Part shown: positions 9,039 to 18,135 of the stretch, one piece after another
Position numbering within the stretch: the first letter of the stretch is position 1
How the letters are laid out: every line of letters starts with the position of its first letter
Origin: Candidatus Heimdallarchaeota archaeon
Lineage (GTDB): Archaea > Asgardarchaeota > Heimdallarchaeia > Heimdallarchaeales > Kariarchaeaceae
Reading direction: 5' to 3'
DNA length: 23,144 bases
Assembly: GCA_015523565.1 (NCBI GenBank)
Contig: WAKA01000049.1
Span: 1 to 23,144, forward strand
The notes under the pieces: generated by a model
What the model saw: only the letters and a program-made list of their open reading frames with translations
Databases searched by the model: none
Told to the model about the DNA's origin: nothing
Made by a program: the position numbers and the translations under genes

Positions 9039-11563
9039 AAGATATAGAGAATACTCGATCATACCCTGCAAGGGATATTGTTTCACATCCTGGTATTCCA
9101 TTGGCCCGTCATCTTCTTGAAACGGCTGAAAATGTCAAGATGTTGTATAATCCCTTGAGGATACAGGCACCAATTGACGAGAAAAACCTTCGCACAATCT
9201 GCATCATCACAGGGGCACTGCATGACATTGGTAAGGCCACATCATTCTTTCAAGACTATATCCTGAATCGGAAGTACAAGAAAAAAGCCTCCATTAAAAA
9301 GCATGCTCCTTTGGGGAGCATATATACCTATTGGGTCATCTTAAATTTTTCACAGATCAAGGACGAACAGATGAGGGCTTTTTTTGCCTTTATTGCTTCC
9401 ACCGTAATTGCCAAACACCATGGAAATCTTCAGGATATCATAGATGAAAAAAAGGGACTGCGAGACCGTTTCAAAAATTTGATGAAACAAGACAAAATCC
9501 TTAGGAAACAATTTGATGACACAATCCCGAATGCACATAAGATCGATCAAATCCTAGAATTTCTTTCAACAAACCTAAATATCCAACTCCCTTCATGGAC
9601 AAGCTTTACGCAAGCAGTGCAAAACCAATTTGATGACATAAAAAAGACCATTCGGAAAGTGTCAAAAGTAATCGAGGGGTATGATTTCATCTGTCAAGGA
9701 AAGAAAAACAAGAAAACCAAGAAAGTAAAGGGAACTGAAATAAAACCGACACTCATCCTTCAATATATGTTCAGCCTTCTACAGGAAGCGGACAAGACAG
9801 AGGCAATGGGAAAGAAGATCATTCATCGCTCACAAAAGGATTACCTATCAGGCCTATTAGGGACTTACGACAAACGATTTGCCAAAGCAAGACATGAGTT
9901 GGACAAGAACAGAAAAAAAATTTTTGAGGAATCCTGTAAATATGCTTCAGTCTGCAATCTAGACAAGAGAATTTATGCATTGGAGGCACCAACTGGTGCT
10001 GCGAAGACCTTGGCAAGTCTGGGTTGGGCAACAACACTCAGGAAAAGGTTGTCCAATGAATACAGGATCATTTACATTCTTCCATTTACATCGGTGGTGG
10101 ATCAAAATTTCGATGTAATCAAGGAAATGTTGTTTGATGGGGATGTTGAGGTTCCAAGCAATGAACTATTGATGCATCACCATTCAGCAGATTTGAAGTA
10201 CCAGAAAGAAAATAACGGAGAACTGGAAGAGGAAAGCCCTAATGTTGCACAATTCTATATCGAAAGTTGGGCTTCGGAAATAATTGTATCAACGTTTTAC
10301 CAATTCTTCCATTCCTTGTTTACCAACAACAAAAAATCGCTAAGGAAATTTTCTAAACTAAGCAAGGCGATTATCATCATGGATGAGGTACAGTCAATAC
10401 CTATAAGGTATTGGCATCTCTTCAACACTGTTATTCCCATTCTCCTTGAGACATTGGATTCTTACCTGCTTCTGTCGACAGCGACCTTGCCTGGATTAGT
10501 CAGTAAAATACCCCAATCCATTTCAGAAACGGGGAAAGAATTATTCAGTCATTTTACTAGAACGGAGTTGCATTGGCTGGATCGACAATTTGAACCCATT
10601 AAACTGTTTGAAGAGTTAGAGCAAGAAATCGATTTTTCAGAACTTCGTTCCTTCTTGGTTGTCCTAAATACCGTGGATTCCTCTCAAGAGGTATACAGGA
10701 TGGCGAAGGAAAAATTCGCAGATTGGGACATTTATTACCTCAGTGCTGCAATTATTCCCAAAGAACGGAAAAGAAGAATTGAGGAGATAAAAAAACAACT
10801 GGATAAAATAAAGCGGAAACTCAATTCCTGTGGGAAGGTGATGTTGATTTCAACTCAGGTGATTGAAGCAGGTGTGGATCTCTCTTTTGAGGCAGGGTTC
10901 AGGGATCTTGCACCATTGGATTCACTTATCCAGACAGCAGGCAGGGTGAACAGGAGTGGAGAATATCCTGCTGGAAAGCTTTATATATCAAAGTTGATAA
11001 AAGTTTTCGAAAACGGCGGTTCAAGAAAACTGTCCTCATACATATACGATGGCATCCTTCTGCAATTGACCGAAGAAACCTTGACAAAATTTTCAAATGG
11101 GAAACCGATAGAAGAACCAAAATACAGGGACATGATTGACCATTATTTCAAAATCGCCAAACAGAAGGAAGGAACAGAGGAAAGTAGAAAGGTATCGGAA
11201 CTATTTTGCAAAATGAAGCTTGCCAATATTCAAAACGTTTTCCAATTGATTGACAATGAATATTCACTTCCTCTTTTTATTGAGCAAGATGAGGAAGCAT
11301 CAGAAATCCTTGATTCATACAGAAAGCTTGACGGTTTCAGAAGAAAAGACTGGAAGCTTGCAAGAGACGAGTATGCAAGGATAAAGAGTAAAATGAACAG
11401 TTACCTGATCAACGTATCGTTTAGAAAAATCGCGGCAATCAAAAGGGATCTAGAAGAGGAGACATGGTTTTTCATTCTGCCTTCACACCAAGTGAACAAC
11501 TACTATTCACAGGAATCTGGATTTTCCGTTGATCAAGCCAATGTGGAGGAGAGCATATGGTAG
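9032..11563 (+). CDS. cas3: Cas3 HD nuclease-helicase
   Basis: HD domain (HL, HDIGK, HHG, AD) and SF2 motifs APTGAAKT, DEVQ, TAT, STQVIEAGVD, QTAGRVNR; TTG start overlapping cas5. Confidence 0.96.
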   Translation: MVKDIENTRSYPARDIVSHPGIPLARHLLETAENVKMLYNPLRIQAPIDEKNLRTICIITGALHDIGKATSFFQDYILNRKYKKKASIKKHAPLGSIYTYWVILNFSQIKDEQMRAFFAFIASTVIAKHHGNLQDIIDEKKGLRDRFKNLMKQDKILRKQFDDTIPNAHKIDQILEFLSTNLNIQLPSWTSFTQAVQNQFDDIKKTIRKVSKVIEGYDFICQGKKNKKTKKVKGTEIKPTLILQYMFSLLQEADKTEAMGKKIIHRSQKDYLSGLLGTYDKRFAKARHELDKNRKKIFEESCKYASVCNLDKRIYALEAPTGAAKTLASLGWATTLRKRLSNEYRIIYILPFTSVVDQNFDVIKEMLFDGDVEVPSNELLMHHHSADLKYQKENNGELEEESPNVAQFYIESWASEIIVSTFYQFFHSLFTNNKKSLRKFSKLSKAIIIMDEVQSIPIRYWHLFNTVIPILLETLDSYLLLSTATLPGLVSKIPQSISETGKELFSHFTRTELHWLDRQFEPIKLFEELEQEIDFSELRSFLVVLNTVDSSQEVYRMAKEKFADWDIYYLSAAIIPKERKRRIEEIKKQLDKIKRKLNSCGKVMLISTQVIEAGVDLSFEAGFRDLAPLDSLIQTAGRVNRSGEYPAGKLYISKLIKVFENGGSRKLSSYIYDGILLQLTEETLTKFSNGKPIEEPKYRDMIDHYFKIAKQKEGTEESRKVSELFCKMKLANIQNVFQLIDNEYSLPLFIEQDEEASEILDSYRKLDGFRRKDWKLARDEYARIKSKMNSYLINVSFRKIAAIKRDLEEETWFFILPSHQVNNYYSQESGFSVDQANVEESIW

Positions 11564-12060
11564 AGCATTTGAGAATCGGGGGTCTTGCAATACAATATTA
11601 TTTTTCCTGTAAACGGGAACTTTGGCTTTATCTCAACTATATTGACCCTGACCAGGAAGATATCGGCATTGTAGCAGGAAGGATTCTCCATAAGAAAAGC
11701 TACAGGAACAGAGGAAGAAAAGAGATAGACCTTGGAATGGCGAAAGTGGATCTGTTGCGGGGAGGAGAATATCCAAGAATAATTGAAATAAAGAAGTCAA
11801 CAAAGCTCATTGAGCCAGCCATCTGGCAATTGAAGTTTTACCTTTGGATACTAAAGAAACAGGGAACAATAATTTCTGGAGAGGTTCGAATTCCAAAAGA
11901 GAACAAGATCATCCGAGTGCAACTGACCAGCAAAGATGAAGCCATGTTGCAGAAGGCGATAGATGAAATGCCAAAAATCGCAAGAATCAAATGGATGCCG
12001 CCTTATGAGAAAAAGCCCTACTGCAAAGGATGCGCCTACAGGCAGTTCTGTGAGGTATAA
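11557..12060 (+). CDS. cas4: Cas4
   Basis: CKRELWL, KVD, EIKKS, QL..YL and the C-terminal C..C.Y...C Fe-S cysteines. Confidence 0.96.
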   Translation: MVEHLRIGGLAIQYYFSCKRELWLYLNYIDPDQEDIGIVAGRILHKKSYRNRGRKEIDLGMAKVDLLRGGEYPRIIEIKKSTKLIEPAIWQLKFYLWILKKQGTIISGEVRIPKENKIIRVQLTSKDEAMLQKAIDEMPKIARIKWMPPYEKKPYCKGCAYRQFCEV

Positions 12061-12063
12061 AAT

Positions 12064-13023
12064 ATGCAACTGTCAATATTCATCACAAGCCATGGAAAAT
12101 TGACAAGAGACCGCAACAGTATCCTTTTTGTCAATGAGGATTTCAAAAAGGCAGTCCCGATTGCTCAAGTCAGTGACATCCATGCCTTTGGAAAGGTAAC
12201 CGTCAGTTCTGGTGCAATCGACTTATTTTCCGAACACAATATCCCCATTCATTTCTATAACCAATATGGGTTCCACATTTCCAGCCTTCTTCCAAAAGAC
12301 CACTACACCAGTGGAAAGACACTTCTTGCACAAGCTGAGGCGGTACTTGACAAAGAAAGACGAGCACAGTTCATAGTTGCAATTTTGGATGCAACAAAGA
12401 AAAACATGGTCAAGCTACTGAAGCAATATTCTAACAAAGACGAGAGAATCAAGGAGGTAATTGTCAAACTTGAAAAGACAACGATCCCTTATTCCTCAGT
12501 CGAAACACTCTTAGGCATTGAAGCCAATCTTTGGAAACGGTATTACAGTTGCATCACCCCAATTTGCCCTTCACTGCCATTCGAAAAAAGAAGTTTCAGA
12601 CCTCCAGAAAATGAAATGAATTCACTGATTTCACTCGGGAACACCATGCTCTACAACATTATCCTCACCCAAATCCAACAGACTTACCTCTCCCCAACCC
12701 TTAGCTTCTTGCATGAACCAACTGATCGAAGGTTTTCACTCTCACTTGATATTGCCGAGTATTTCAAACCCATCATCCATCAAATGATCTTTAGACTCGT
12801 CAACACCAAGCAGATCACCAAGAAATCATTTGAAACGGGCTTTAGGCTAAAACAGCAGGCATTCACTAAGTTCGCCAACAGCTTCCAACAGAAGCTGAAT
12901 GAAACCCAACAGTATGGAAACAAAAAAGCCACATTACGAAGTGTCATTAAATATGATCTCTACAGGCTCGTCAAAAGCCTTTTGGAAAATAAGCCCTTCA
13001 AGCCATATGTCATGAGGAAATAA
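12064..13023 (+). CDS. cas1: Cas1 (I-B type)
   Basis: LGIE, R..RPP.N..N.LISLGN, FLHEP and SLSLDIAEYFKP. Confidence 0.97.
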   Translation: MQLSIFITSHGKLTRDRNSILFVNEDFKKAVPIAQVSDIHAFGKVTVSSGAIDLFSEHNIPIHFYNQYGFHISSLLPKDHYTSGKTLLAQAEAVLDKERRAQFIVAILDATKKNMVKLLKQYSNKDERIKEVIVKLEKTTIPYSSVETLLGIEANLWKRYYSCITPICPSLPFEKRSFRPPENEMNSLISLGNTMLYNIILTQIQQTYLSPTLSFLHEPTDRRFSLSLDIAEYFKPIIHQMIFRLVNTKQITKKSFETGFRLKQQAFTKFANSFQQKLNETQQYGNKKATLRSVIKYDLYRLVKSLLENKPFKPYVMRK

Positions 13024-13025
13024 CC

Positions 13026-13292
13026 ATGGTCTTCCTGATTGTCGTCTATGATATTAATGCGGAATATGTGCAAAAAGTTCATGACACCTTGAGGAAATAC
13101 CTTTTTTGGATTCAAAATTCCGTCTTTGAAGGGGAATTGTCTGAAGCAAGATTGAAACAAATGAAGAGCGAACTAGAAGAAATTGCCACAGGTCCAAGGG
13201 ATATGATATTGATATACAGAATGGAAAACCAGAAACATGTAAAAAAACAAATTATCGGTGTGGAGAAACTGCCTTTTGATGCAGTTTTCTGA
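13026..13292 (+). CDS. cas2: Cas2
   Basis: VVYDI and WIQNSVFEGEL; 88 aa. Confidence 0.97.
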   Translation: MVFLIVVYDINAEYVQKVHDTLRKYLFWIQNSVFEGELSEARLKQMKSELEEIATGPRDMILIYRMENQKHVKKQIIGVEKLPFDAVF

Positions 13293-13438
13293 GAACATGA
13301 GGGATATTTAAATGAAACACACTCCTATAGTTTCCTGCAATTTCTTTCATCCAAACTTGCCACACATTTTCGGAGAAGTGGTGCGTGAGGAGTTCCACCG
13401 TAAAGAGATGTTCTACAGGGAATATGGTTTCTAAACCC
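13293..13438 (+). promoter_or_regulatory. Putative leader of the degenerate array 2
   Basis: TATTTAA at 13305-13311, plus short blocks resembling the array-1 leader in the same order (TTTCCT.CA.TT; CGTAA..GA.ATG..CTACAG). Confidence 0.45.
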
Positions 13439-13724
13439 ATTCAAGAATACCTTTATGGCGTAGAAACGTGGTGTGGGTTGTGGAGCTGCATTTTAGTCTA
13501 AGAAGCACCTTTATGGTCTAGAAACAGATGTAGGATTTTAGATGTACTCCATATATTTGTCTAAGAAGGATCTTTATAGTCTCAAAACAATATTTACTTT
13601 ATTAATTTAGTTTATGCCGCCAAAAGTGTCTAAGAAGCACCTTTATGATCTAAAAACACAAGCAAGACAACCCGTATTATCAAAATAATCAAAGGTTTAA
13701 GAAGTACCTTCTTGCTATAGAAAC
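13439..13724 (+). CRISPR. Degenerate mini-array 2: 5 diverged repeats and 4 spacers (28, 33, 39, 37 nt), inverted relative to array 1
   Basis: Copies of GTCTAAGAAGTACCTTTATGGTCTAGAAAC at 13439-13467 (1-nt deletion plus several mismatches), 13496-13525 (1 mismatch), 13559-13588 (5), 13628-13657 (3) and 13695-13724 (5). Confidence 0.92.
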
Positions 13725-13876
13725 AAGATGTTGGAATCCCTCGTGATCAATGCGAAAAACTTAACTTATAAAGATTTAAAATAGTTTACGGTAGTATAAA
13801 ACCAACAACCTATTAAAAGAATAGTAAAAAACAGGTATTGTTTTGTGGATTTGTTTTTCTGGACATCGAATTGTTT

Positions 13877-13891
13877 TTGAACATTGTTCAA
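13877..13891. promoter_or_regulatory. Perfect dyad TTGAACA-T-TGTTCAA, a candidate operator
   Basis: 7-1-7 palindrome 11 nt upstream of the probable ATG at 13903. Confidence 0.4.
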
Positions 13892-13902
13892 TTAAGGGGG
13901 TT

Positions 13903-16900
13903 ATGTCATCTTGCATCAAGAAAAAAGAGATCATTCTGCTTATGTCCATATTCCTGATTATTACAGGGATTGTTTTGGTGGAAGGGAGGGTGATTAGAGA
14001 AGCGCATCAACCTAATCCATCCATAAAAAGACAAAACATTGTTAATGGGATTAACAATGATATTGAAAACAATGCAAGGCAATTGCCAGGCAAGAGGGAG
14101 GCTTATGTAGCTCAGCAGGTTCAACAAGACCCTCTACAACGGCACCGTGAATATGTTGATGGTCTTATTGCCACCATATTGAACAATACCTTCATGGACA
14201 CGTCTTCGTATACTGAGATTGCGGGGCAGACTGTATCTGGTGATATCAGTGCATTTGCGGGAAATTATGCAAGTGGTGGGGATGGAACCTTAGGGAATCC
14301 CTACATTTTCGAGAATCTTTTCATCAATGCATCAGCAACTGAAATGTATTTCAATTCGATTCCTGATTACTTTGTGATTCGGAATAGCTTGGTTTTTGGG
14401 AAGTTAAGATTGGAAAACTCTTTTGTTCAATTGGTGGAAAACTTGACTATTTTTTCGCAGTCTACCGCACTCAGCCTGTTGGGACTACAGAACATGGTGG
14501 TTTCCGGGAACACCATTGTGGGAAACGGGAGCACATATGTTATGTCAATAGGTGGAAGTCGTAATCTTGACATAAGAAACAATACAGTCATTACAGGAGA
14601 GTTCGCAGGGGGTCTTATCATATCAACGGGCACATATTCCGTTACCAATGTAAACTTGACAAGGAATCTTTTCCAAACTCAATATTCAGTTATTTTTGGT
14701 GTTTCTGGACTTGCAGGCAATAATCGTTTTATTGGAAATATTTTCAATGCCTCTAGTTCATCCACTTTGCTCTCCGTCATTCCCCGAGGGGATTTGGAAT
14801 TTTCAGACAACGTCATGAAAGTCCACTACACACCTTACAAATGGGAAGGTGCCATTTTTTTCAGTGGTCTTGATAAAGGATCGAATGACAGATGGGTTAT
14901 AAGAAACAATTCAATTTCAGGTTTGGAAGACGGTTTTTCATTTTACTCTCCAAGTATCCTTCAATTGGAAGGCAATACCATCCGTGACAGTCTTCATGGG
15001 GTTAAATTCTATAATGTTTACAATCAAAGCCAAGTTGCTTCCAACCTGATTGAGGATACACAAGTTGGCTTTTATGTCAGGGTTTCAGCAAACAATACAA
15101 TAAGCAATACAACCATGAGACATGTTGAATTCGGGTCAATCTTTGAGTTCGCAACCTCCAATGTCTTGAACAGCACTTACATTGAAGACTTCAACTGGCT
15201 TGTCCATGACATCACTGAGAACATTCCACCGAACTTGGCAATTAACAGCATAGAGATTGGGAAGAAAGGGAATGGTGTGGAAATTAAGACCGACAATGAT
15301 TTTGATACGTGGGCAAGTTCTGAAGACATCCCTGGGACAGGGACTATGGATGATCCCTTTGTAATCTCTGATTTAGTGGTGGATGGGGGATTGGGGATTG
15401 GAATTGAGACAAATTATACGGTAAAGCTGAAGGATCTTATCATAAAGAATGTCTTTGCAGATATTGTCAAACCCTTGAAAATCTCTTCAGGCAGTGGCAT
15501 CATTCTTGAGAATGTGACAGTCGTCAATGCAACAAACGGGGTATTCTTGGATACATCAGGAGCCATAGTGATCATCAATTCAAGCTTTTCAGGATTCAGG
15601 TATTTTTCAACCATCCACAGTGAAAAGCCATCATTCATTACGGGGATCAGGTATGCGGATTCAGATGAGGGGCTTTCTCTTACCCTGAAAAATTCAACCA
15701 TATCAAATTTTGAGTTCATGAACGTCTATGGCAGTCAGCAAATGTTTGTAAGTGGAGCAAACCTGACCTTCATGGATGGAAGCGTCACAGGTGGTACGGA
15801 TGCCTTCAAGGTGGCAGGTTCCAGCAATGTCACAATCAAGCGAACAACAATCAATGGAACTACAAACCCCATTCTTGTTTCAGAGGTTTTTGGCTTCGTA
15901 TTCAAGGACAATTATGTCACCATGAATGAACATCCTGGGGAATTGCAATACGTGGACAACGTCAACATAACGGGGAATTTCTTCGTCGACAACAAGGACA
16001 GTGCATTCTTTACAGATTTCAGTTACCTAGACAAGCCATTTTCCGTCTGGAACAATTATTTCATCAACAATGGATGGATAACTGGGGCGCCCCAAATAAG
16101 GGCATATGATACCATTGTTCCAACAGTAGACGGTATCGGAAACTATTGGAGCGACCTTCCAGACAATGCAACAACTTATGACATTCAAGGAAATTTAGAC
16201 ACTGCCCCAATACGTCCTTGGGTGGAGCCCTTGGATATCTCTGTAGAATATTCCACTTTCGTTTCATTTGAAGTGACTAGCGATTTTCCCGTATCACTGC
16301 AGTCATGGACGCTTTACCAAAACAATACAAAGCTTTCCAGTGGTACATGGTCAGGGAACAGTATGACCTATTCGTTCCATCCAACGGATCTAGGTTCCTA
16401 TACGTTTGAAATCGAGGTTAGGGACATTTATGGCGTTAAAGGGGTAAATGCAACCATGCAAGTATTGGTTATGGACAGCATTAAACCTTCAATAGCCCCT
16501 GTGCCAGACATTCACTTTACAGAGGGCGATACGGAACAGCAAATAGTCTGGATGATCTCTGACTTGTTTCCAGCCACTTATGAAATATTCAAGAACGAGA
16601 CCATTATTGACTCTGGAACTTGGAACTCCCCTATGAACCTGACAATTGACTTAAGCACCCTCACAGCAGGTACATATAATTATACTCTCAGGGTTTATGA
16701 TACAAGTGGCAATTCTGCAACCGATGAGGTAATTGTTCGAGTCGATGCCATTTCCGCAACTTCAACAACCCCGACAAGTTCAAGCACATCCGTACCTTCC
16801 ACAATATCCAGCAGTACAGATATGCAAACATCACCAACTTCAACAGACAATAATGGAAGTGAAGGAACCACGAGCGGTGGTGAAACAAGTTCACTTAATT

Positions 16901-16986
16901 GGTTTTGGTTCTTCCTTATTTTGGTAATAAACGCCATTCCCCTTTATTATGCGGGCAAATCGTATTTTGAAGGCAAAAGGTATTGA
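13903..16986 (+). CDS. Secreted, membrane-anchored surface protein: two right-handed beta-helix (NosD-like) modules, two Ig-like domains, Ser/Thr linker and C-terminal TM helix
   Basis: Signal-like KKK plus a hydrophobic stretch; GDGTLGNPYIFENL and GTGTMDDPFVISDL module starts; Asn-ladder repeats; GNYWSD; W..SD.FP..Y...SGTW...GTYNYTL.V.D.SGN Ig-like repeats; S/T-rich stalk; WFWFFLILVINAIPLYY. ATG 13903 follows AGGGGG. Confidence 0.88.
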   Translation: MSSCIKKKEIILLMSIFLIITGIVLVEGRVIREAHQPNPSIKRQNIVNGINNDIENNARQLPGKREAYVAQQVQQDPLQRHREYVDGLIATILNNTFMDTSSYTEIAGQTVSGDISAFAGNYASGGDGTLGNPYIFENLFINASATEMYFNSIPDYFVIRNSLVFGKLRLENSFVQLVENLTIFSQSTALSLLGLQNMVVSGNTIVGNGSTYVMSIGGSRNLDIRNNTVITGEFAGGLIISTGTYSVTNVNLTRNLFQTQYSVIFGVSGLAGNNRFIGNIFNASSSSTLLSVIPRGDLEFSDNVMKVHYTPYKWEGAIFFSGLDKGSNDRWVIRNNSISGLEDGFSFYSPSILQLEGNTIRDSLHGVKFYNVYNQSQVASNLIEDTQVGFYVRVSANNTISNTTMRHVEFGSIFEFATSNVLNSTYIEDFNWLVHDITENIPPNLAINSIEIGKKGNGVEIKTDNDFDTWASSEDIPGTGTMDDPFVISDLVVDGGLGIGIETNYTVKLKDLIIKNVFADIVKPLKISSGSGIILENVTVVNATNGVFLDTSGAIVIINSSFSGFRYFSTIHSEKPSFITGIRYADSDEGLSLTLKNSTISNFEFMNVYGSQQMFVSGANLTFMDGSVTGGTDAFKVAGSSNVTIKRTTINGTTNPILVSEVFGFVFKDNYVTMNEHPGELQYVDNVNITGNFFVDNKDSAFFTDFSYLDKPFSVWNNYFINNGWITGAPQIRAYDTIVPTVDGIGNYWSDLPDNATTYDIQGNLDTAPIRPWVEPLDISVEYSTFVSFEVTSDFPVSLQSWTLYQNNTKLSSGTWSGNSMTYSFHPTDLGSYTFEIEVRDIYGVKGVNATMQVLVMDSIKPSIAPVPDIHFTEGDTEQQIVWMISDLFPATYEIFKNETIIDSGTWNSPMNLTIDLSTLTAGTYNYTLRVYDTSGNSATDEVIVRVDAISATSTTPTSSSTSVPSTISSSTDMQTSPTSTDNNGSEGTTSGGETSSLNWFWFFLILVINAIPLYYAGKSYFEGKRY

Positions 16987-17233
16987 TTTTCAAAAAATTT
17001 TGACTATGTAGAAGAAAAAATGAGTTGGAAAGTCCCCTCCCATCCCTTGACCGTTTGTGGAATGACCATAATGGAGACATTTGTGACCTCTTAATTCTTT
17101 TTGCATCTCCTGCCAGTATTCAAGGATAATACCCATCATACTCGGAATCTAATAACTGAAGTCCAAGAAGCTACATTATGACCTTGAAACTCGAACCAAA
17201 ACACAATTATGCCAAAATTCATCCTAAGCCAAT

Positions 17234-17962
17234 TTATGCTCTATAAGCATCATATTGCCCGATCAACTCATCCCTAGTGGACAAATATTTCGAGCATTCC
17301 CTCAGTTCCGTCTTGTTCAGGAAATTGAGGTTGGCATTCAAGAACTTTTGAACTGCATCAGGATTTACCTTTGAAAATTCACGAACCACCCATGTAAATG
17401 CCTTCCTAACATAGTATGAGGAATCCCGCTTTAGATAGTCAACATTTTCCATCAGGAGGTCACCTACACCATCCTTCCGCAAGTGCTTCAGGAGGATCGT
17501 GAGCGATTGCCGCCGTCTCCAGAAGTTCTCTGAGAACTTCCAAGAGGATATTTCCTTGAGATGGTTTTCAACGGGATAGTGTCTCATCACCGATATGGCG
17601 ATATGGTCTGAGGAAATCCAATGATCCACAAGATCAATCCATCCATTCACCACACTGAAGTAATCTGGTGAGTACTTGCCCTTATAACGCTCCAAAATGT
17701 AAAAAATGGGCAAATGCTCCTCGATGAATTCCGCTTCCCTGTAAAGTTTGTCACATACCTCCAAAATCTCGGAAAATGGAGTCTGCCTGTACCGTGCATA
17801 AAGATCCTTAGCCAATTCCTTCACACGGCCATTGGAAAGCCCAAATGCCTTGAGGTGGGTGGGTGTCCCCTCTTAGGCAGTTTGGACAAAAGATGTCTTG
17901 CTTTCAGGATCCTGATCAGGCTCTGCATCCCTGTTCGCCATTCGAAGCACTTCCATTTCCAT
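17234..17962 (-). pseudogene. AlkD-like DNA alkylation repair (HEAT-repeat) gene with an in-frame TAA at 17873-17875
   Basis: DHW..SD, W..SENFWRRRQS and D.SYYVRKAFTWVVRE.SK.NP are AlkD-family motifs. The frame continues upstream of GTG 17824 (GTPTHLKAFGLSNGRVKELAK) through one TAA to ATG 17962, which has a TTTTATAT box about 25 nt upstream. Confidence 0.72.
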
Positions 17963-18135
17963 AAGGGATTATACACATATATTAATATAAAAAAGACATC
18001 TTTTAATTGTGGATTTTTTTTGGTGCATATCACTCCCTTGGAATTGAACGTGCCTCAGGATGCAAAAATATATCCATGACCTGAATTGATGATTTGATGC
18101 ATCAATAAAGTTGCCCATCATTGAGGAACTAACCT

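Noticed and set aside
17821-18033. 70-aa minus-strand ORF as a frameshifted N-terminus of the AlkD-like gene
   Set aside because: The AlkD frame itself continues upstream through a single stop, so no frameshift is needed.
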